Source of the DNA: Perna viridis | Taxonomy: Eukaryota | Reading direction: 5' to 3' | NCBI GenBank assembly: GCA_037379345.1 | Contig: CM074515.1 | Span: 2,666,001 to 2,730,000 of the forward strand | Length of the DNA: 64,000 nucleotides | Shown: positions 8,513 to 21,200 of the stretch, piece by piece | How positions within the stretch are numbered: the first letter of the stretch is position 1 | Layout of the letters: every line of letters begins with the position of its first letter | Notes under the pieces: model-generated | Seen by the model: only the letters and a program-made list of their open reading frames with translations | What the model was told of the DNA's origin: nothing | The model's database searches: none | Translations under genes and position numbers: made by a program

Positions 8513-10437
8513 TAAAAAATCTACTCTCACCTTCTTTTGTTATGATTCGTCAGGGGTTATGCATTATGCATGTGAACTCTCTATCTGCTTAATCGTTGAA
8601 TGTAAGGTTTTCTAGATCTCGAAGACGTCCATAGCTGATATCAGTTCCACGTGGGATTGATTATTAAACAAGCGAAAGTCATTTGAATCTGTAAGAGTAA
8701 TCAGTGGAACCAAGGTTAATGAACTGGTTACTCCTAGAATAACCATCATTTTCCTTTCTCTTTTTTTTTAACTTTTTAATTTATTACGTCATATTTAAAA
8801 CAAACAACCTCTGAAAGATTTTTTTGTCGATTTGTCTCGTGATTGACTGATTAGACATCATTGTAATTCAAGAATTATGACAATATCTAAAGATCAAAAG
8901 TGAAAAAGTGTACATGGCGACACGTTTAAAAGCGCTGTGAGTGTGAACGCTAATATGTGTCCCCGAAAGAATCTAAAACAATAAAAAATGAATAGTACTA
9001 ATCCAACGTTTCAGGGATAGCACGTGGTGATATTGAGTTTCTTATCTTCATTAATTTTTAAATGTTCCATTAATCAGATTTCATTATTATTTGTAGGGCT
9101 GCGGTATTCCTGTGTTACCTGAATTATGTTACATTTTGTATGGGTTGTATGACTGCACGAAAGAAGAGTTGCAAAAGGTACCCATTGCTGTACCGGGAAA
9201 TACACACAATCTGAAAAAAAAACCCACAGAAATAAAGACAAAAACTATCAAATCCTGTATGTGCAGTGGCAGTAGACCAAAGAAACGAGAGGATATTGAG
9301 GGACCATTGGAAAAATATCCACAAAAATTCATTTCGAAATTAGTCTTAACTAGACCTTCTAAAGTTGTCATTATTGTTGTTTTTCTTAATTATGTCGGAA
9401 TATCGATTTGGGGTGCAATTCATTTTGAACAGGGACTTGTTCTCAATGCTCTGGTACCGGAACAATCTTATCTCTTCAATTATAATGAGATAGAAGATAA
9501 GTACTTTCCCAAAAGCATTCCAATATCTTTGATCATTCAGCACATAGGAGACTTTTCGGGTAGTACAACTTGGGACATTATGCAAAAACTCGAGAAATAT
9601 GCTGGGATGGACACAATGATAGATTCAACTAAAACGATGAATTGGATGAGCGCGTACAGAAAAACTCTATCGTTTGACAACTCTTCAGAGCTCGTGTTTT
9701 TAAAACACCTAAAAAACGATTTCTTATCTGTAACACCTATCTTTCAAAACGATGTTATATTTGATAAGACTGATGGTCGAATTAAGGCTTCAAGAATTTT
9801 TGTGTTTACCGAAGATACGTCTGACACGAATAGCTATCATGACATCATGTCCCGGATGCGGAAACTTGTTAAAAACTCGGCTTTTGACTCAGTCATTGCT
9901 TACTCATCCGCGTTCATATTTTTTTAACAGTATCAAACAATTTTGCCAGAAACAGTACTAAACCTTGGCATGACTGTGGTAGCCATATTCCTCGTGACAT
10001 CGATATTTTTGCCACATCCTGTGCTCATTTTCTTTATAACTGTGACCTTAATAATGATTTTGGTTGGGTTATTTGGATTTATGTACTTTTGGGATTTATC
10101 CTTAAGTTTTTTAACAATGATTCATATTTTGATGAGCGTTGGATTTTCTGTCGATTTCAGTGCACATATCTGTCATGGATTTATGGACACTCGCTCTACA
10201 GATCGACAGGAGGGGGTACGGGGTGCAATAAAAAAAAAAGCAGGCGCGCCAATATCCAACGGTGCGTTGTCGTCCTTAATAGGAGTTTCTATGCTTATAT
10301 TTTCGAAATCATTTATATTTCAGTCTTTCTTTAAAATTATGCTGTTGATCATTCTATTTGGCGCGGCTCATTCTTTCTTTTTCCTACCGACCATTTTATC
10401 ATTGATTGGAGTTTGATGCTGAAGTAATTGTAGAGAA

Positions 10438-10613
10438 AAAATCTGATTCTGAACAGAAAGTAGAGAGTATATTTATGTATCCACCGAGTCAAAATCTGAT
10501 TCTGAGAGGGAACAGAAAGTAGAGAGTATATTTATGTATCCACCGAGTCAAAATCTGATTCTGAGAGGGAACAGAAAGTAGAGAGTATATTTATGTATCC
10601 ACCGAGTCAAAAT
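10438..10613. repeat. 59-bp tandem repeat, 3 copies
   Basis: aaaatctgattctg(agaggg)aacagaaagtagagagtatatttatgtatccaccgagtc at ~10438, 10491 and 10550. Confidence 0.9.
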
Positions 10614-13029
10614 TTGACAGCTGACAATAGTGGTAACTTGGAGTTTGTATCACCGCCTACTTTTCCAAGCCCACCGGAAGTTGGAAATGAGTCCGAGTTA
10701 TAACAATTGATTATTTTTTTTAGCTTTGTTATATAACTGTTTTGATCATAATGTCCGTTCGTCCACCTGCGCCTTTGCAACTACTTATAATCCCAGCCAC
10801 TTGATATTTTAATAAAAGCTTAATATAATTCTATGAGTTGTTGCATTCTTTAGTGAACTTGGCTAAGTTGTATTGTCTATTTATAATTACTGTCGCTGCA
10901 ACACATCGACATCATCGTCATCGAGTTTTTACGCAATAAATAGATTAGATGAATGTGATTATTTTTGAATATGAAGGAATGCATCACGCAGTTATGCGGT
11001 TTGGCTTTTGTTATCATTGTGTACAATTGAATTGTACCATTACATATTAAACACAGAGTTCGATCGAACTAAGGCACGGACCATTTGATTTCGGGTGTAA
11101 GAAAAAAACATGGTGTTGGTCAAATAAAAAGTAACTCAGCCAGTATCTTGAATGAACAATACTCTAGTTATCATAATTCATTCATGCATTGAATGTATAC
11201 ACAAAAATAAATCTGTGCGTGCGAATACATTTCTGGCTTGCATAGAAATCCGAACCTCCCACCCAGGAAAATTATCTGTGACTACACGAGCACACATATC
11301 GATTGTTCTAAGCTGTATGGGACACACAGAGAATATAAGCTATATATAAGAAGTTTTGGGTTTAATATGAATGCATCATAGAAAAGAGACCCTGTTTAAG
11401 ATGACCACAAGATTGTTTCAAATGAATTGACATGTATGTTGGCCTTTGTCCGATCTCCGATTCGATGTCACTTGGAAATTCGTGGGTTTTAACCACAAAA
11501 TTGAATAAAACTGCCATGTCAGGAAAACTTACAACTACGCACTGTGTATGTAGGCCAAGATAAATGTTGTGCAACCCTATTCCTTAAACATTGATATGAT
11601 TTGAGCAGGTATCATTTAATCTTTTATTTACAAAACCATGCATTTTGATTTTCTGTCAGTTTATGTGACAATAAAAAAGGGAACGAATATTGTGAAACAC
11701 AAATGCATCATCGTATACCCTTAATGAACATAATAAATACTTACAGAGATCGCCAAACGGTCTTCGATCAGTGTAAACACACCTTTAAGTAAGCTCTGAA
11801 AGGGTGGACAACACAGGTAATAAAACCCATGGTAACAGAACGATGACACTTCTTCAAAACAAACGAAAAAAGTAAAATAACGACACGGAAACACAATAAT
11901 GATCAACGACTGTGGACAGGTGCATATCTGAGGTGGAGTCAAACTAGTTTTATAAAGCCTTAACCACCCCTTTTAATGTAAGGACAAAATTGAACTGAAG
12001 CAACAAATAAACACTCATAAAAAGTGTTAGGTCATCGAAAATTCTAGTCCATTCTGTAACCACTGTTAAAAGTTCTCAATATAATGGATCACATGCGACA
12101 TGTATAAATTCGTGCGGTGTGCTGCAGTGGCTTTTGCGTGCGAAGCGAAATATGTCCTCATTTCAAATCACAGCTTATTTTTTATTCTAAAAATTATTCC
12201 GACTTAAGTAAATAACAGATACACTTTTTGTTTCTTTAAATTTTGTTGTTATTACATTAACCATTTTTTTCTTTTGATGCATGATGGCTCTTTCCGAATT
12301 TCAAAATGCAAGATTATTATGGTTCTCACTATACCGAAAAAAAAAGGATGACATCAATTTGATTGGATTTGAAAAGTTGAAAAGAATTTACACAGAATCG
12401 TAAATCTAGATTTTTTTCTTTTGGATCAGCTCACAAATTTTTTATTTTCTCTTTTTATGAGAAGATTATGATTTATTTGACCCAAATAAGTTTTCATAAT
12501 CTTCTCATAATCCGTGGACACGAATTAGTAAGTCACTGTTTTTTTTTCCTCTGCTTTGTTCACAGGGGCTTGTTCCCACTATACAGCACGACTAGTGTAC
12601 AGACATATATGACTGCATATTTGATATATGTAGAGCAAGCTCCTTGTGAAATTGATTTTCTTTAAAATTGTATATATTTTATATATAATCAATGAAAAAT
12701 ACAACATACACACACATACACCACAACAAAAACATGAAATGACCAAAAATAACACGTATATAGAAGGAAATGTAAACGAGCAAATAGGACACAAAAACTG
12801 GGAGAAAGAATTAGGTCACAGTTAAGTAAGCATCCTCGACTTTTTAAAAATTAATCGCCAAATTACTCATAAAGTGTTCCATCGGGGAGAGACAAAAACG
12901 GAAATCTGTGATCCATTGAACCAAACGGTTCTCGTGGTGCTGATGAACATTCTATAACGATCCACGAGTTCGTGACGACAACCAGAACACTTTCGTAGTG
13001 ATGACTTTAAACTTGTAGCAATACAACGC

Positions 13030-13890
13030 TGTTCCTAAAAGTTAATTGTAAAAAGTCCGGGTAGTTTTGCAAGCACTGTCGTAACGTATGAGCTGTGATA
13101 CGTAAACTTTTCACAAGTGCTGAAGGGATGTTGTCAATGATGAAAGGACACCTGGCGATACTAAACGAGAGGTCATCCTGTTTGTGGTATAGTTAAGTCA
13201 CGAGTTTTCCCTTTCAATCGATCTCTAGAAGCAGGTCAAGATACGAGGCTGACTTCATGGTGTCTGTAGTCTCCTTTATGTCGAGCTCTTTAGGGTAGAT
13301 GCGATGTATAAAATCCCCGAATCTATGGTTGTTAAGAGAAAAAACCGTCATCTGTAAAAACAAAATGATCCGACTAAACAATGGTCCTTCTCCGGACAAG
13401 ATCAACTATAAAGTCAACCTCATAAGAGCGAAGAAAAAGATCAGCGAGTTATTTTGGAGCACAATTTGTTCCCATTGGAAAAACGACCGTCTGTTCATAA
13501 CCCCTCCGCCACACTGGAAAAATATGTTGTCAATAAAAAATTCCAGTGTTTTAATATCGTCTTCGGTTTATTCAGATGCGTCTTCACTAAGTATGAGGAA
13601 TATAGGCCAAGTATTACCTACTCATAATTCCATCCTTCCTAGAACGATATATAAGGATTTTGAGTCGGAATTTCACCTGATCATCAGGAGTAGAAGTATA
13701 AAGAGGAGTTGAAAAATCATATATATGGGTTCTAGATATTATTAGATTCAAATAATATTATAGCATTGAGAGTTTCCAGACTTTTTTACATTAACTTTTC
13801 AGGTTTTCAGCATTCATACGTAAGAGTGTAACAAATGTCATGAAAGATTGGAAACCCTCTTTAACAGCTGTCAGTATGGAAGTTTATTAT
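13030..13890 (-). mobile_element. Decayed Penelope-like retroelement reverse-transcriptase remnant
   Basis: Minus-strand peptides PMGTNCAP (~13455-13480) and FGDFIHRIYPKELDIKETTDTMKSASYLDLLLEID (13214-13320), typical of Penelope-like RT. Frameshifted. Confidence 0.7.
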
Positions 13891-15015
13891 AGTCATGTTA
13901 CTGCTAGTATTTTCTAAATCTATCTCCAGTAAATCTTAAGATATGTGAAACTGGTTTGGGGAAAAATCTGAAAATATACATTAAAACTAAACTTTTTATG
14001 AGGTAGAAATATTGCACTGCAGCACAAGCACTGAAATATCGTATTTATTGTGAAGTAGGGATAACTACCGTGGGATTGGCCTAATCACCCGAAGATTGCT
14101 AGTTTGCTAATGTCGATGTACATATGCGCAAAACGTTTTCAAATGCGAGTGAGTCATCGTATATAATTTGCATTCCTGGAAGCTTGAAGGAATCATAATT
14201 GGTCGGAAATTTTCTGGAAATATTATCTAACATACGAATAAACTACCTCAATGCACTAGTTATATAGGGCAAATGAATTTTCATGACTGAACAGAGTCCA
14301 AAAAAAATTTTTTTTTTTACTTATTTTTCCATCCGAGAACCATTACCAAAAACAACTCTTACAACACATGTCCAATAATTATCGTTAAGATATTTAACAT
14401 AATTCATCTTTTTTTTATTATGATGTTAAATTCTTCTTATATATTATAATCAGAATACCAGTAAAGTGTCTACAAATAATCGTTTTGTTTTTGTTTTTTT
14501 TTGCGTGAATATACTATGGAAGTGAAACTTATCAATATTTAAACCCTTACGAAAGAAGATTGAAGAAGCTTCAAAATGTTTTTTTTGAAAACTACCAATA
14601 ATGATAGACATGTGGTAATTGTTTAATTAAAATATCCCCATTCTGCTCAAAATGGCGTGCTAAATATGTTTCTTAAAAATAACAAAATATTAGAATTATA
14701 AAAGGATATTTATCACCCGTTTATTTTTTTTTTCTTATTTTACAATTGGAGGAAAACTAGAAATCAAAAGAAGAAACATGAAAAACCGCAATTCAAAATT
14801 GCACATTACATCGGATGTGTTATGGAATACCGTGTATCAAAAGATAGAACGCAACAGATATTATCAACAACACATCTTAGTGGTAAATTTTGTTTTTTGT
14901 TTTTTTTTATGTTACACCCACTTAGCAGACAACGGTCTTTTGTCCACACCCTTGCATCACATGCAACACATGCACTGTTTGACAACAAAAATCTGTACAT
15001 GTAGGTGTAAAATTG

Positions 15016-15123
15016 TGACCTGATAACCTGATCGGAGGTCAAAGACAGTTCTGTAATTCACAAATTGTCTGACTTGTGCTTAGATAAGACTCTGTATAAA
15101 AAGCCTTGATGCCCATTGATAAG
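15016..15123 (+). promoter_or_regulatory. Candidate proximal promoter of the giant secreted gene (TATA box, GATA sites, nuclear-receptor half-sites)
   Basis: TATAAAAA at 15095-15102, ~60 bp before ATG 15161. GATAA at ~15022, 15083 and 15118. TGACCT 15016-21, TAACCT 15024-29, AGGTCA 15036-41. Confidence 0.5.
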
Positions 15124-15160
15124 AAACTTTCGTTTCGATTTTTCGTATACACGCCTTAAG

Positions 15161-15218
15161 ATGTTCCGAAAACTCGGGCTTCTTCTGGCAGCTTTCGCAG
15201 TGTTGACTACGGCGCAAG
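15161..15218 (+). CDS. Exon 1: signal peptide MFRKLGLLLAAFAVLTTAQ
   Basis: Basic N-terminus, hydrophobic core, small residues at the cleavage site; donor G|GTAAG. Confidence 0.85.
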
Positions 15219-18200
15219 GTAAGACATCTTATTATGCACAGTTATTATCTAGTATAAATATGCACACAGAAAATCCAAAATCATACTTAAGGTCCATTTA
15301 ACTTATTTTAAGATTGCAAGCGAAAAAGAGTCTTCTTCCATCAAGAAAATGGATAATTTTATTAAAACTATCTCAACTAAAGATAGGGTTATTGTAAAAC
15401 TGACATTATACTTTACGTCCAAAGTTTCCTTAAAGCTTCTGATCACTTTGAAAAGGATTTTGACAACCAGTCGAAAAAATTTCTTTGATTTTGAAATGTA
15501 TCGATTACTTCGGGAATTATTTGTCTAAATCTTGACTTTTGAAATATTTAATGTGTCTGACATTGTATCGGCCAGACACTTTGATTGCGGTTTATCGTTG
15601 GCCTTCTGGCCCTGTTATCAGAGACTATTTGGCCTACTTCGGAACATCAACACATGGAGTCCAGGGATGGTCTATTATCACGAATGTCTTATCAGACATG
15701 GACTAAATCACTATAATGTTCACTTAATGACTTCAATCGTGTATATCGCCATCGTAGACTTATATTAGATTCACTTAAATTTTAAATTGGAGACAAACAT
15801 AGATATGACTTGAAAAAATACTAACGAATACTGCTTCAAGATGTTCATTTTAGTGAAGAAAAGTTCTACCAATATATGCATTGCACCATAGTTTGTCCTT
15901 CCCATATAACTTAATCTTCAAATATGTGAACTGATGCTGGAACGGACACTTAGACGGAGACATTACAAAAAAGTTAACCAATAGTTCTAATAATACACGT
16001 TCGTCTACCCTTGAACGATTTTACTCTAAATTGCATTTCTACAGGACAATGTAAGTAATTAATTGGCACATGGATAAAAAATGCGTAAAAAGTTAATGCT
16101 TTGCTTCATTTATTATGGGAATACAAGTCATCTAGCTTTTAAACCTAAATCAGTTTAGTACAGCTTTATCTGCTTTTGCAAGGAATATAGAATAAGCTTG
16201 CTCAACATAGCACTATACCATTGTCGGAAATTCGCTCTTACCTAAGAAGCTTGGTTCGCTTTAATGCAAAGGACTGTCAAATTTTGCCTTACTGTATATA
16301 GCATGGTTAGCAATATTCTTGCTTCATTAAATCATTTTTGCGCCTTGTTTCGCCTTCTCGAATGCCTATGCCGAGTTTTAGTATTGCCTGACTGGAATAG
16401 CTTCTACAGTATATCAGCACTATACCCGGCGGCGGATGGGACTGTCCTCGGTCTTCCCATAACTGAACAGATTTCTGGCGTATATGGATTGCAACAAAAC
16501 TTTGAAACTGCCTCATCGCTTGATAAGGAGAGGGATACTGCTTATGTTTTTCATCTGCCCTATTGGAATGCTTTATGAGAAATTGCTTAATTGTGTTTTT
16601 TTTTAATAAGGCTGAGATTACTTGATAATATAATTCAAGGTTAAGAAAAACTTCAGCTAAGAAAAATCTGACCGAAAATGCTAAGATCTATAGTACCTAT
16701 CACATGTACAAAGAAAATCGTTAATATTAAAGAAAATGATATAACGTCTTTTCGTCGTTTTACTTGAATCTAAATTCATAATTATATGTAAATATTGAAC
16801 GAAAATTCACAATGGCAAACAATGTGAATGTTGATGATGAACACGACCATTTATGTTACAACAGCATGCATACCCCAAGATATTATGTTCATGGTGGACA
16901 CCTCAAGTGGAGTTGGCGCAAACAACTTCAGGGAAGAACTAGAATTCGTGAAATCGACAATACGTAACTATCATGTATCGGCACAATGTATACGTGTAGG
17001 TATAATGACGTTCAGTGGACAAGTTTACAATAATATTAAGTTTGGTCAGTACTCAACGACATCAGAACTGATGTCGGCCATAGATCAGATACAATATCAA
17101 CCAGGGAGGCGATATACCACAGAGGCCCTCAAATATCTCAACTCTAACGTTTTTGGTCAGTTTGGGAACGCTCGGGCCGGAGCTCAGCACATTGGTGTTC
17201 TCGTTTCTAACGGACAGGCATCAAACGCTCTCGCTTTTGCACAAGAAGCCAAGAGAGTGAGGGATAGTGGCACTAAGCTGTATACTGTCGGGATTGGTAC
17301 TGGCTTCCATCTTCAAGATTTGAAAAATGCAGCCAGTAATCCACATTCCAGATATGCAATGAATGCCCAGAACTTCGATTCTCTCGGTGATTTAGCATAT
17401 CCATTGTCGACAAGGACAAACAGTGGTAAGTTAGACACTGAGTTTGTACTTGGTGTACATGTCAAGGACACTATATACTATAATATCAATTCACTTCCCC
17501 ATTTAATAATAGTCGTCATTCAACATGCCCTTTATTCATGACATTAAAAAAATTACATTGTTGGGAATGACTTATATACTGCTTACACGCACACACCAAT
17601 AAACACCTATTCATGTAATTAAATAAAAGAAAATATCAATCTGAAATGCTTTATGATTTATTTATCATTTCAGACACCCAGCAATTACCAGCAGCATCAG
17701 GTTAGTTTCCCTGAATAGGTATACGTATAATTCCCATATCCTATTTACTAGTATCCTAGGGTGAAATTGATTTTTTTATTCTTACTTTTCGTCTACTCCG
17801 GACTTGAATTTTTATGAACAATTCGGCAGGTGTTTCTAGAAAAGCAGAGGACGCTTACCCTACCGGTGCACCTGGTTCATGCTCCCAGTTTTTAGTGGAG
17901 TCCGGTTTGCTTATTTACTTTTATTACTTTGTATGTATTATTTCGGTTGCTTTGTGTTCTTTGTTGTGTTTGTCTGTTTTCCATGTCCGATCTTTGTTTC
18001 TGGATTACATTCTTTTGATTTCCGGTTCTTGGTTCCTTTGATTACACTTCAATTTGATTTTAGTTCAGCAACTTAACCCGTGTACATTCATACAAAAAAA
18101 ATAAAAGCTTGTTACTTATACAGCTTTCGTTCATGTGGTGCTGAATAACAATTGTAAAAATTATGTTTTAGGATGCCTACAAAAAGCCGATTTAGTGTTC

Positions 18201-21200
18201 GCTGTCGACGGATCTGGAAGTATTGGACCACAAAATTTTGCAAAACTACAGGACTTCCTTAAAAGAATTGTAACAGAGCTAAACATCGGTCCAGATGCGG
18301 TTCACGTAGGATTGGTGAAATTCAGTAACTACCCGTCCATTGAGTTCCCGTTGGATATGTACATGTCACGACAGGAAGTCTTGACCGCTATAGACAATAT
18401 TAACTATGTTGGAGGCGGTACCAATACCGCTGAAGCCATTAATTATATGAACCACCAGGTTTTCAATCAAAAGAGCGGAGCTCGCCCTAATGTGCCAAGA
18501 ATCGCTGTTGTGATCACGGACGGACGATCCTCAAATCCAACCAACACAGCTAACGCTGCCAACCAGGCACGTGCCGACCATATTGGTATGATGTCGATTG
18601 GTATCGGTGCAGGTGTTGACCAATCAGAGCTTCAAGCTATAGCCGACAATCCCGATAGTCAGAATATGTTCATGGTAAATACCTACGATCAGTTGAAGGG
18701 TATTGTGTCCAATATCATCAACAGAGCTTGTCAAGTGAGATCCGTAGCCCCTGTAGCAACAACCAGAGCACCAGGTAATTAGTGTTGTCGACTCCATCAC
18801 CCGCACCCACATGCATTTCATCGTAAAGAATAATTAATCTTATAATGCCTTGATAGATCGACTTAATCCAAATTCGATCCCGTGAAGAAAGACATTCAAT
18901 TCCCCGTATAAACAAACAGAAACAAAAAAGTGTTGAAGGATATTAAAAACCTCCATTCCTCGCATCCCAACTATAACTTTAAAAATGTCATATCTATAGA
19001 AATAATTTTTTATGGACTATTTTCCCAGGTGCTTCACTGCCACCTGATCCATGCCAAGATGTACAACCTAACTGTAAGAGTTTCCAGGATGATATGTGTA
19101 CAAATTATGCACCATGGGCCAAGGACAACTGTGCTAGATTCTGTGGTTTCTGCAGACGTGAGTGAAATTTAACTATAGACATCTATATTGTAGTGAAAAG
19201 TTAAATTTTGCAGTAAAAATAATAACATTCTACATAGTCGGCAAGCTGTTTAATGATGATGCTAGATAGAAGTCTTGAGATATCTTACAAAATTTTCTAC
19301 TTGTTACTAATGCACCTCACCTTATTTATGACAACTGTTTATAACTTTTAAACATATATATACAGCTTTGTACACCACTGCACCACCACCATGTGTTGAC
19401 AGACTGACAGACTGTGCTAGCTATGGATTATTTGTGTGTAGTGATGCTAGATACAAGGACTGGGCTGGTGACAACTGTAGAAAATTCTGCGGTTTCTGTA
19501 AGTTGAACAATATTTTTTTTCAATTTACCGTTAATCCGTCAACTTCAGCATTACTTTCAATGTTGAAGGTCTGAAAAATGTTATGAAATCTCTTGCGTTC
19601 TCTTGCTTGACATCTACAGAAACTGAATGTGGGAATCCTCAATTAATCTTGATGATTTGTTTTGTAACAAGCTTCCTGATTGGTTGGTTCTCTCGAGCAT
19701 ATGTAACTATATAACTTTATTCCATATGAAAATATATCTTATAGGATTGACATCATCAAAGAAAAAGTAGTATACTACAACACATAGTATCGTTTATACA
19801 ATTAATATACTATATCAAAACACTAATCAAGTACATCAGCAAGTCGAACTATTTTGCATAACTTACTTGTTGTCACCCCACGATTCAAATGATCGCGAAC
19901 AAAATAACATTTTGGTAATGAGCAAATTCTTAATATTTGAATTAGAATCCATTAGAAATTGAATTATAAGAAATGTTACAAATTTTAAATAAGTTATATG
20001 AAATATCATGGGTTGGACCAGTTTACACTTTCTATATATTGGCTGATATTACAGGGCGCCGAATGGGACTTTTGCGGTTTTGTACTCAAAATTAAATTTT
20101 GTACAGACAAAAGTGAACTTTGTTCAACGAAAATGAGTTCAGATTAACAAAATTTATAACATAGTACAAATTTTAATTTTGTCATACAAAGTAATCTGTC
20201 CGTGGACAAAAGTTACTTTTGTCGATTTCTAGCACTGTTCTGTAGCTTTAGTATGAGCTCTGACGGTTTGTCACATCAACCTCATGTTAAATGTACCTTT
20301 TAACTTTATGGGTGGAGAATCCTTGTCTCATGGACATATTTCTTCTACTATGAAAAACGGTTGTGTTATGTTTTTAAATGTGTTTTTAATTGTAGGTCTG
20401 TCAAATGGAGCAACTGGATTCTGTAAGTTCTAGAAAGTAAAGAATAGGTTCTTGTTTTAAATATAAGTATTACTGGATAATTCAATTTTTCTTTAGTATA
20501 TAGTTGAATAAGATAAAGGGTCCAAGGGGAGCATTCCTATTCACGCTGGAAATTTTTATCTATTATACCAAGAATATCACCAGGAATCACTTGATCGGCC
20601 CTTTTAGTTGATCTGTGCCCCTCCTTTTCTGAATTTCTGTATCTACCATTGAATGAGGACATTTGGATAATTTCTTATCAGTGAATGTCATGCAATTTAA
20701 TACATGTTCTTTTTAGTCGGAAAATGTTATTACAAAGGAAAGCAATACCAGCATGGTGAGAAATGGATGGATGGATGTGATTATGAATGTGTCTGTGAAG
20801 ATGGAGCCTCCGGAAGATACCAATGTTACAATCGGTCAGTAGGATAGAATAGGTTAAAATCGGAAAAGATTCAAAGGTAAAAAGAGCATAAAATCTGAAA
20901 GTATAGAGAGATTGACTATGTGTGCACATACAATACCATAATACCATCTAGAGGACTGCACGACAATACCGATAAAGATATTACACTATAAGAAAACATA
21001 TAATGAGCAAAAATTACCTTCTTCTGTGCGTTAGACAAACAACGTGAAGGCAATGAAGAAAATCATTAGTTGACCGAAAATTGTGTTTATTAATCAATCA
21101 ATTAATCAATCAATCAATGACATATTATTGTGATTGTCAAAGACTAAAATTAAATAAACACAGTGATAGAGGTGCTAATTTTATAGAAAAAAAGGATGAA

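Larger units (their letters stand above)
857..10416 (+). pseudogene. Patched domain-containing protein 3-like (sterol-sensing domain, RND-type) pseudogene
   Basis: Exon 1 is 857-1278 plus 6491-7031 (MGCLGFY..FSRYGAFVANNAW..; YEDVCAKR|HSRY..; ..GVMPFLILG). Exon 2 is 7469-7678 (GIGVDDM..KTGGVSITITTLTDLIAF..FCVFTG). Exon 3 is ~9097-10416 (..GFSVDFSAHI..FGAAHSFFFLP). Introns are GT-AG. Lesions: frameshifts near 988, 1027 and ~1240; an extra A in the A-run at 6594-6600; frameshifts at ~9097-9250; in-frame TAA at 9925-9927 (FIFF*QY); hAT insertion at 1279-6485. Confidence 0.88.

Noticed and set aside
9112-10416. ORFs 9112-9927 and 9943-10416 as two separate membrane-protein genes
   Set aside because: Same frame, split by one TAA; both are parts of the last exon of the patched-like pseudogene.
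13299-13712. 137-aa plus-strand ORF as a gene
   Set aside because: Antisense to the decayed Penelope-like RT remnant.
17790-18047. Hammerhead ribozyme in the Penelope-associated repeat
   Set aside because: I could not find the CUGAnGA/GAAA core with supporting stems by eye; a covariance-model search would be needed.
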